A DNA stretch of 12,212 nucleotides from Octopus sinensis (GCF_006345805.1 NW_021826773.1:1-12212), one strand, 5' to 3'. Shown: positions 1 to 7,300, counted from the first letter of the stretch. Notes: generated from the letters alone by a model not told the origin. Made by a program: numbers and translations.

Positions 1-77
1 GTCGATTTGCTCGACTAAAGGCGGTGCTCCAGCATGGCCGCAGTCAAATGACTGAAACAAGTAAAAGAGTAAGAGAG
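1..77 (+). mobile_element. 3' end of SINE family A (cut by window edge)
   Basis: Near-identical to the 3' ends of the copies at 7081-7152 and 9274-9353 (gtcgatttgctcgactaaaggcggtgctccagcatggccgcagtcaaatgactgaaacaagtaaaagag). Confidence 0.9.
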
Positions 78-120
78 TCCTTTACGTATGGCAAAACTAT
101 GAAAACGAAAGGGTACAGTG

Positions 121-480
121 GAATTGTACTAGCACCAATGAAGCAATTTTTCAAAGCTCTTAATATGGAAGGTAACAGTTTCCAATTCATATGTGCAACA
201 TTTCCTGGCCTAATTTATATATTTCTTTACTGCCCACAATGGGCTAAACTTAGAGGGAACAAACAAGGACAGACAAAGGGGTTAAGTCGATTACATTGAC
301 CTGAGTGCGTAACTGGGACTTAATTTTATCGACCCCTAAAGGATGAAAGGCAAAGTCGATTTCGGCGGAATTTGAACTTAGAACGTAACGGCAGACGAAA
401 TACGGTTACGCATCTCGCCCGGCGGGCTAACGTTTCTGCCAAGCTCGCCGCCATCCTGGCCTAATTTATAATAAAATAAC
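121..480 (+). pseudogene. Degenerate DNA-transposase fragment (Chapaev3/CMC-like), split by a SINE
   Basis: Removing the SINE and one TSD copy joins 121-219 to 471-480 in frame, giving IVLAPMKQFFKALNMEGNSFQFICATFPGLIYNKI. This resembles a recalled transposase motif, HIKLGLMKQFVKALxxxGxxFxYIxxxFPGLSxEKIK. The superfamily name is from memory. Confidence 0.45.
220..453 (-). mobile_element. Full-length SINE family B (tail type 1) with 17-bp TSD
   Basis: Reverse complement matches the 7454-7684 copy from head (ggcggcgagc) to tail (gtgggcagtaaagaaat). Flanked by a perfect direct repeat tcctggcctaatttata at 203-219 and 454-470. Confidence 0.92.
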
Positions 481-668
481 TCCACTCATGCATAGTTTCT
501 TAATGTTTAATAGCTAGATTTAAACATACTTTCAAAAATTCTTATTTTGTTTTCCACACATTCACCTGTGTAGGTTGAACTTTATCTACTCATCTGTATA
601 TTCGCGCGTACACGCACAAACATGTATATACATTAATCCCTTGCCACATCGCGGTTCACCTATCGTGG

Positions 669-674
669 TTTATT
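669..674 (-). terminator. Candidate polyadenylation signal (AATAAA) for the EB1-like gene
   Basis: tttatt on the + strand about 200 nt past the stop codon; an ATTAAA also occurs at 794-799. Weak evidence in AT-rich DNA. Confidence 0.3.
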
Positions 675-869
675 ATTCAAGCTTACATCGATTCCTCCGT
701 GAGGTTGTTTTGCATTTATAATAAAATAAATATTTACAGATTATAAAAAGAATTTTAAAAAAAATATTGACATAACAGGACTGTTATGACGTTTTTAATA
801 ACATGTGGCTAAAATAAATTGGATGCAGTCCGACTTCTTTTTTAACGAGGTTCGTAGATTGTAACATTT

Positions 870-1265
870 TTAGCTATCATCCACATTGCGATTTGCTTCG
901 AAAAAGTGCTGGAACCACAAAGCAAAAAAGAAATTGAACTTAAAAGATCCTCGTACAAGATCATCTATTGGTATGGTCTTATCGACCTTCAAATTATGCA
1001 GAGCCATATTCAATTTCATAAGATTTATTCTTTTATAATATTCGTACGAAATATCTTTTTTCACTTCCCTCATGTTGATAGCTCCTGGAAACAATATGTT
1101 AATTCCGATACAGAAGTGCAGCCCCGTCGAAAGTTCCGTGATGTCAGTAATGCCCAGTTTCAGATTCTCTCTGTACCATGATACTAATCGCCTTCTACTC
1201 ATATGTCTTAATCTGAAATGCGTCACCGCCATCACGTACGTCTTAAAGAAACGAAAAAGAGACAT
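870..1265 (-). CDS. MAPRE-like: EB1/MAPRE (RP/EB family)-like protein, CH domain only; likely start at 1232 (MAV..., 120 aa) or 1265 (131 aa)
   Basis: SRRRLVSW...FFEAN aligns without gaps to recalled human EB1 residues 16-118, about 40/103 identical by hand. Family motifs LFPGxI, VK, VDKxIPxDxLVxGxF and NFxFxxWFxxFFxAN are kept. The second ATG gives MAV, like the EB1 N-terminus, in a gtgATGG context. TAA stop at 872-870. Confidence 0.9.
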   Translation of the reverse strand: MSLFRFFKTYVMAVTHFRLRHMSRRRLVSWYRENLKLGITDITELSTGLHFCIGINILFPGAINMREVKKDISYEYYKRINLMKLNMALHNLKVDKTIPIDDLVRGSFKFNFFFALWFQHFFEANRNVDDS

Positions 1266-1410
1266 GTCAACAAGGAAACGAGAATTACAGATTTCACTGG
1301 TATTTTGACGTTAAAGTATGTAAACTATTGAAAAAGAACGAGTTATTGTAGGATAGTTTCACTTAATTCTAGATTATTTTGATAATGCCGTTTTCTGTTT
1401 TAAGAACTAA

Positions 1411-1614
1411 TAATCCTTTCTACAATACGCACAAGGCCTGAAATTTGAAGAAGGAGATAGTCGATGTAATCGACCCCAGTACTTTATCGCTGGTACTTCA
1501 TTTAGCGACTTCGAAAGGATGAAAGGCAAAAGTCGACCACTCAGAACGTAGCGACAGGAGAAATACCGCTAAACATTTCATCCAGCGTGCTAACGGTTCT
1601 GCCAGCTCACCACC
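1411..1614 (-). mobile_element. SINE family B (tail type 2), internal deletion
   Basis: Head and core match family B (gccagctcaccacc; ggatgaaaggcaaaagtcgac; tcgatgtaatcgaccccagt). The tail differs (aaatttcaggccttgtgc...gaaaggatta on the - strand), and about 16 nt around the B box are missing. Confidence 0.85.
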
Positions 1615-1734
1615 TTGAAAAGCAAATCATCTAACAAAAAAGCGTGATTTGCTAATGACTTTGCTGCCTTGTAAACTGTACTTTCCTGAAATAACGTCAC
1701 TTTAAACATTAAGCAATAGTCATTTTCCACAGAC

Positions 1735-1782
1735 GTGTGCGCGCGCGCGTGCGTGCGTGCGTGCGTGCGTGCGTGTGTGTGT
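1735..1782. repeat. (GC)n/(GCGT)n/(GT)n alternating purine-pyrimidine microsatellite
   Basis: Direct reading. Confidence 0.95.
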
Positions 1783-1833
1783 TTGCGTGACAAGGCAAAT
1801 GATTGACACAATCGTATAGAGCATTGCAACATT

Positions 1834-1900
1834 TAACACACTCACCGGTAAAATTTCCACTTATTACGTCTTTTTATTTTTCTAAAATATTAAAATATTG
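1834..1900. mobile_element. Degenerate fragment of the foldback/MITE-like family seen at 11630-11868
   Basis: aacacactcaccggtaaaatttccacttatt...ttttctaaaat matches the reverse complement of 11778-11838 (aacacactatccggtaaaattccagttatt...ttttctaaaat). Confidence 0.6.
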
Positions 1901-2212
1901 CAAAATTTCTTTTGGCATTTTAAATTACTGTAGAACTTTCCGTTGACTTACGTCGTTTCGGGTTCAATACAACAAATAGGAGCAAAATTAATAGAAACTG
2001 GGAAAACAGGGGAGGGGAATAAACAGTGATACATGGAAGGAGATGAAGCAACGGGCTGCACATCCCAGAATAAATGAGCCCCGTGAATTGGAGTGTTTCT
2101 GCTCCATTCTCCATAAAGCTAAACAATAGTCTAGAATTGACAGAATTGTTCGTGTATTGAACCAAAATGCGTTGTTATAGTTCTTCCCATTTTTCATCGA
2201 TTCATTTGGCAG

Positions 2213-2398
2213 GGGAGCGTGCCAATATTGTCAGTATCTATCTGACAAGGTGGATTTCTAGTGAAACAAATTGCCTCACGGAAGAAATAAGAAACCGCCT
2301 TTGTATTCTCTCACGGAAACACCATGCCAAGTACCGTGTGTTCGACATGGGGTGTTCTGCTGGCTTGGAGACGCTTAGAGGAAGTGATTATGGCGATG
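2213..2398 (+). CDS. Putative internal coding exon of a plus-strand host gene (NWD/DUF4062-like N-terminus?)
   Basis: Acceptor ttttcatcgattcatttggcAG, donor G|GTATGC; 186 nt, phase 1/1, open throughout: ERANIVSIYLTRWISSETNCLTEEIRNRLCILSRKHHAKYRVFDMGCSAGLETLRGSDYGD. Confidence 0.55.
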
Positions 2399-2505
2399 GT
2401 ATGCTACACGTATTACTACTGAATTTTAACCAGTCTCTTCAGTAGACAAATAATGCCTTACTATAAAAACTAATTCAGTCCTAGCTAGTGAAGATTGATT
2501 TGTAG

Positions 2506-2534
2506 AAACCCCACTGAATTTGGCCAGTGACATG
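2506..2534 (+). CDS. Putative 29-nt micro-exon of the same gene
   Basis: tgatttgtAG|...ATG|GTATGT after a 107-nt intron; phase 1 to 0 continues the frame as (E)TPLNLASDM. Confidence 0.45.
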
Positions 2535-3671
2535 GTATGTGAACAACCAATTTACCAAAAAAGAAAAAAAAAAAAAGGAAACTAACAAAAGAACTGAAGC
2601 TCCTTGGGAGACAACGGTAAGCATATCCCGAAGAGATGGACGCCATCAAGATAATATTTCTAGCTGGCATTCTGGCATTTAACAGTAATAAAGAGGTAAT
2701 AGGCTCTGAACACAAAGGGAATTAGGCGGAAGTATTTCATGTATCTGAATTTTTCATGAGTACCTGTACATTTTACTTTTGATATTAGCTACTTTGGAAT
2801 TTGTATATGCATGCCGAGAGAAGAGAAAAGCTGCTCCTGTTGCAAATTCAATATTTTAAATATCCGGTGTTTTTTTTTTTTTTTTTTACACTAATTTAGC
2901 AATCCGTATTTGCTCATGTCTTTTACCTGAAAGTGTAAACTACATAGATGTAATCTAAGAAATGAGAGAGAGAGACATGTCTACAAATTAAAATTTCAGT
3001 TATTTCAAGGTTAAAATATTTAGACGTTAACTATTGAAAAAAAAATGTTTAGTGTTTGAAAGCTTCACGTAATGTAAGATTTGTTTAATTATGCTAGTTG
3101 TGTGTGTTAGAATATACGATCATTTTTCTGTTTAAAAAAAGATAAAACGTGATTTGCCTAATGACGAAGCAACGCAAAGCAAGGCCTTGTTTTTACTATG
3201 TACACTATCCTCTCCTGAAATACCCTAAACTTTCAGTACTTCCGAGCTCAGTAAGGAATAGAAAAAAACGTAGCGGGGCGGGTTCAAATCTACATGGGGG
3301 ACTATATAATAACATTATACAACCAAGAAAATATTTCGAATGCAGTATCACCGTGAAAATAGCGTAAAATTGCTTACTTTCCTTGCAAGACGGAAAAAAG
3401 TGGTCAACAAACAGCCACGGATCTCAAATTCTCATCTCTCAGAGACCGGTTGAGCACTTTATCGTTAAGCCAAACTATAATTCCGTCTCTCAGAGATGGG
3501 GGGTTCGAGTCAAGTGACTGTTGACAATTGGGTAATAATGCCCAGTTTTTTTTTATGGTTTTCATGGCAATACTGCGTTCGAAATATTACTTTGAATGAT
3601 AAAAAACACATTCGACATGCCTGTTAAAAAATAAAAAACGAACAAAAATCATACAATTTTATATGTTTCCA

Positions 3672-3683
3672 GTGTGTGTGTGT

Positions 3684-3715
<32 letters not shown>

Positions 3716-3735
3716 ATATATATATATATATATAA
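3672..3735. repeat. Compound (GT)n-(TA)n microsatellite
   Basis: Direct reading. Confidence 0.95.
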
Positions 3736-3816
3736 TAATAAATATTAGGGAATAAATCCAAATTACAGGGAAAAAATCAGATTTAGGATTAAATCCAATT
3801 TTATAGTAAAATATTA

Positions 3817-3974
3817 TAAAATATTATTAGAGACAAAACCACTATTTGTCAAAACAAACAAGGAAAGACTTAATCAATACATAAAATTTTAATCTATTTA
3901 TTAAAATTTTATGTATTGATTAAGTCTTCCTTGTTTGTTTTGCAAAATAGTGGTTTTGTCTCTAATATATTTTA
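3817..3974. repeat. Near-perfect palindrome, ~75-bp arms, 6-nt loop
   Basis: Arm 3817-3893 is the reverse complement of 3900-3974 apart from two 1-nt indels and one 2-nt change; loop ctattt. Confidence 0.95.
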
Positions 3975-3980
3975 TATATA

Positions 3981-4041
<61 letters not shown>
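3973..4041. repeat. (TA)n microsatellite
   Basis: Direct reading. Confidence 0.95.
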
Positions 4042-4044
<3 letters not shown>

Positions 4045-4210
4045 CGATTTAAAAAAAGCAAAAGATTAAGACCGGATGTGAACAACAAACAGATGTATTA
4101 GTTTATCGTTCGGGAAGTGAGAAAGACTTTTATGTTTTGAGCCTACGCTCTTCGACGGAAAGGAATAGAGAAATAACACATGGAGAGAAAATAGCAATAT
4201 ATATAATTCA
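4042..4210 (-). mobile_element. Interspersed repeat remnant, possibly Penelope-like pseudo-LTR
   Basis: Recalled as an octopus dispersed repeat. The minus strand carries a decayed GAAGAGC-GTAG-GCTC-(G/A)AAAC motif like Penelope hammerhead relics. Classification is inference. Confidence 0.35.
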
Positions 4211-4276
4211 AAGATTTAACAAAATCACTGCAAACGGAAAATTTAAGAAAAGTATAACAAACTGTTCTAGGAAAAA

Positions 4277-4522
4277 TTAGGTGAACCATTCTCCTCGTTT
4301 CTCTGGTGGAAGTAGTTTTACCTCCCCACCTACTTTAGTTATGTAAGCTTGAAAACCTGGCAATTTTTCTAGGTTTATCTCCTTTTCCTCTGTCGTCTTT
4401 TTTGCAGCTCCAGCGTACGTCTTTTTAACTTCCATATTATTCACAGCGCCGATCAGCTCGTCCTCAGAGGTCGATGCTTCTGACAAGGTCTCGAACAACC
4501 ATTCCTCCTCCGACTCTTCCAT
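4277..4522 (-). pseudogene. N-terminal fragment of L1/Tx1-like LINE ORF1
   Basis: MEESEEEWLFETLSEASTSEDE...KKTYAGAAKK...KEINLEKLPGF has an acidic N-terminus and a [ST]YA-xx-AK motif typical of non-LTR ORF1 proteins; paralogous motifs occur at 5917-5967. The longer annotated ORF (to 4804) reads through UTR. Confidence 0.6.
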
Positions 4523-4556
4523 TAGGGAGGGGGTCGTCCATATCCTTTTGTCTGTC

Positions 4557-4744
4557 TCACACAGACAGACAACGGCCGCCAGAACAGAAACAGTATAACA
4601 CGAAACCGTATCAACAAACGTACAACAAAATTCAACAACAACAATTTTCCAACTTACTTTTTTGTTCTTTTTTGCAGTTTCAGGAGCGTTCACTAACAAC
4701 CGACCAATGGTTCGTATTTGGTGATTCTGCGAAGAGATATTTGG
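4557..4744 (-). repeat. Direct repeat copy 1 (LINE 5'-UTR block)
   Basis: Matches 5050-5240 except for a 2-nt indel, a 1-nt indel and one substitution. Confidence 0.95.
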
Positions 4745-5049
4745 TGATTCTTTATTACCCACTAGGGGCGACACAGAGGGGACACCACAAGACATTGGGG
4801 GCATAGAACATTACAATTAATAGTATGGAGAATAAATTTTTAGAATGATAATGATAATATGAAAGCGATGCTGACGGCCCCATCCGCCAGCACCACTTAC
4901 CTGTCCTTCACAACCCTTCGTCACCTCTTATCTCCAATCAAAAGCCCCTCTCAAATATCCTTTCATACTCTTTTATCTCCTCATTCGAAAACTCCACCTC
5001 AATCGCTTTTACACTCTCATTTACACACATCTTCATTGTGTCCATTACT
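4745..5049 (-). mobile_element. 3' end of a non-LTR element: coding remnant, 3' UTR and AATAAA
   Basis: Minus frame 5045-4908 reads MDTMKMCVNESVKAIEVEFSNEEIKEYERIFERGF*LEIRGDEGL*. AATAAA at 4756-4751. The terminal ~45 nt are homologous to the SINE B type-1 tail. Confidence 0.6.
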
Positions 5050-5240
5050 TCACACAGACAGACAACGGCCGCCAGAACAGAAACAGTATAACACGAAACC
5101 GTATCAACAAACGTACAACAAAATTCAACAACAACAATTTTCCAACTTACTTTTTTGTTCTTTTTTGCACAGTTTCAGGAGCGTTCACTAACAACCGACC
5201 AATGGTTCGTATTTGGTGATTCTAGCGAAGAGAGATTTGG
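5050..5240 (-). repeat. Direct repeat copy 2 (LINE 5'-UTR block)
   Basis: See 4557-4744. Confidence 0.95.
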
Positions 5241-5710
5241 ACGGCTGAAGAGAAAAAACAATATTAAAATAAAATACCGACTGAGACGGTTTTTTATATG
5301 GTTACGTGCTAGTGGGAGGAGAGAGAAAGAGGAGGGCACAGAAGCAATAGAGAAGAATGTTAGGGAGGAAAGGGGAGAGGGAGAGAGGTAAAAGAGAGGT
5401 AAAGGAAGAGAAAGACATAAAGACTTCTTACGAAAAATATCTCAAGAATATTCCATTTTTATTTTCCTTTGTAAAAAAGACGTAACGGGATCAAATCGCA
5501 CGAGGCGTGCCGTTGCTTTATAGAAGGAACGTTTGTCGTTATTTTTTATAGAAGTTGTCAATTGAATTGTCTATGTTATAACCGGGATTTTATTACCAGC
5601 TTTTGTTAATTTTTTTTTTGGTGGGGGAAGTAAGTTCTTTTTGAATTGTTATTCGAAGTATATTATTTGATTATCATTTATTGAAGTCGCTAAGGAGGAG
5701 TAGGCCAATA

Positions 5711-5990
5711 ATGGCCAGCCCGAAGGCGGACAGAACTGAGGACCGAACCCAGGTCCTAAACAAAAGTCCAGTTAGCAGGATGTCCAGTCCAGAAAGAATG
5801 GGTATACCCGTTTTTTCTCTGATACCGACGAAGAGGAAAAAAGCGTAACCAAAAAAGAAAAATTGCAGGTACGCAGAAATATAAACGTGCCAAGCTTGGC
5901 AAAGAAGATGTTAAACTTCGCCGAAGCGGCAGGTCCCAAAGAAAGAAAAATTAATTTATCAAAGCTGGAAGAAATAAAGAAGACTATATC
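5711..5990 (+). pseudogene. Frameshifted N-terminal ORF1 fragment of a related LINE
   Basis: ATG at 5711, a 1-nt frameshift near the T6 run (5811-5816), then FSDTDEEE...LNFAEAAGPKERKINLSKL, paralleling TYAGAAKK...EKEINLEKL of the minus-strand fragment. Confidence 0.5.
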
Positions 5991-6101
5991 AAGAAACGGT
6001 TATGAAATAAAAATACGGCAGTCACAGGAATCTCGTGAAGGGATAGAGAAAAGAACAATAATTCATAAAAAGTATAGAAATAAAGAGAAAAAGATAGAAA
6101 A

Positions 6102-6381
6102 AAACCTAAAAGCTCCACGAGGCTCCGGCAGGGATGGTGGTGATCCCTGCTGTATTCTCTCACCACAACTTTCTCTCACTCTTACTTCCTGTTTCTGTTG
6201 TACCTGTATTTCAAGGGGTCGGCCTTGTCACTCTCTGTGTCACGCTGAATATCCCCGAGAACTACGTTAAGGGTGCACGTGTCTGTGGAGTGCTCAGCCA
6301 CTTACACGTTAATTTCACGAGCAGGCTGTTCCGTTGATTCGAATCAACCGGAACCCTGATCGTCGTAACCGACGGAGTGCT
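6102..6381 (+). mobile_element. 5'-truncated SINE family C
   Basis: GC-richer block (agctccacgaggctccggcagggatgg...cgtaaccgacggagtgc) recalled as the body of a common octopus SINE; tRNA head absent; internal perfect hairpin gcagggat/atccctgc. Single copy in the window. Confidence 0.6.
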
Positions 6382-6488
6382 TCCATTCAGTGAGATAGTG
6401 GTTTGTTTGAGGATGTTAACCCTTATTTCTAGCAAGCTGATTCTTCGTGTACCCTCCATTATAATTATAAAGTTTTAATGAAATTTTA

Positions 6489-6498
6489 TACACACACT

Positions 6499-6548
<50 letters not shown>

Positions 6549-6710
6549 TACACATACTCGATGGACTTCGTTCAGTTTCCATCAACCAAAATCCACTCAA
6601 TGGGAAGCTTGAGACTATAGCAGAATACACTTGCCGAAGGTGCCACGCAGTGGGACTGAACTCGGAACAATGTGGTTGGGAAGCCAGCTTCTTACCCCAC
6701 ACCCACGCTT
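6489..6710 (-). mobile_element. SINE family A, 5' half plus internal (CA)n
   Basis: Reverse complement aligns to 6711-6865 with roughly 20% divergence by eye (ggtaagaagc...gttcagtcccactgcgtggcaccttcggcaagtg). Confidence 0.88.
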
Positions 6711-6880
6711 GGCTGTGTGGTAAGTAGCTTGCTTACCAACCACATGGTACCGGGTTCAGTTCCACTGCGTGGTACCTTCGGCAAGTGTCTTCTACTATAG
6801 CCTCGGGCCGACCAAAGCCTTGTGAGTGGATTTGGTAGACAGAAACTGAAAGAAGCCCGTCATACATATATGTATATATG

Positions 6881-6914
<34 letters not shown>

Positions 6915-7152
6915 CATATATATATATACATGTACTTGTGTGTATATGTTTGTGTGTGTGTGTTTGTCCCCCCCCATCGCTTGACAATCGATGCTAGGGT
7001 GTTTACGTCCCCGTAACTTAGCGTTTCGGCAAAAGAGACCGACAGGATAAGTACTAGGCTTACAAAGAATAAGTCCTGGGATCGATTTGCTCGACTAAAG
7101 GCGGTGATCCAGCAATGACCACAGTCAAATGACTGAAGCAAGTAAAAGAGTA
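6711..7152 (+). mobile_element. Full-length SINE family A (tRNA-derived head, internal TA/GT microsatellite, GAGTAAAA-type tail)
   Basis: tRNA-like head with B box GGTTCAGTTCC; collinear with 8933-9353. Confidence 0.93.
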
Positions 7153-7300
7153 ATTCTTTCAAATTTAGGCACGTGATCAGCAATTTCATAGGCAAGGTGT
7201 ATCGAGTAACCGAAATGACAAAAGGCTAAGTTCACTCATTGGCATTTGAACTCAGAATGGAAAGAATAAGAATATATACCGCAAAGCATTTTTTCCACCA
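7153..7300 (-). mobile_element. Old, deleted SINE family B (tail type 3)
   Basis: tttgaactcagaat...ataccgcaaagcattt matches the reverse complement of the B head; the tail attctttcaaatttaggcac...cagcaattt resembles the type-2 tail. Confidence 0.55.

Larger units (their letters stand above)
1325..1951 (-). other. Putative 5'-UTR intron of the EB1-like gene
   Basis: Minus-strand donor gac|GTAAGT at 1951 and acceptor ctcgttctttttcaatAG| at 1326-1325, about 60 nt upstream of the first ATG with no intervening ATG. Confidence 0.4.

Noticed and set aside
906-1308. Plus-strand ORFs overlapping the EB-like CDS
   Set aside because: Antisense shadows with no family similarity.
2331-2365. YRVFDMGCSAG as a SAM-methyltransferase motif I
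   Set aside because: No downstream methyltransferase motifs; the wider context fits a DUF4062-like pattern better, though neither is proven.
2585-2622. Donor-like caacg|GTAAGC
   Set aside because: No polypyrimidine acceptor upstream, so no supportable exon.
3220-3270. Resemblance to the U12 snRNA 5' end (ataccctaaactt...agtaaggaa) or a telomerase template (accctaa)
   Set aside because: Needs a ~14-nt insertion and there is no Sm site or downstream U12 structure; only 7 nt of telomeric complement, less than a usable template.
4895-4903. ACTTACCTG, identical to the U1 snRNA 5' end
   Set aside because: No U1 body follows; it is simply a consensus donor (CAGGTAAGT) on the minus strand.
4474-5391. 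Plus-strand ORFs 4474-4806, 4859-5191 and 5155-5391
   Set aside because: Antisense read-through of the duplicated LINE UTR; low complexity.
5863-6270. 135-aa ORF as a gene
   Set aside because: Chimera of an ORF1 remnant, an A-rich spacer and SINE C; it also starts at TTG.
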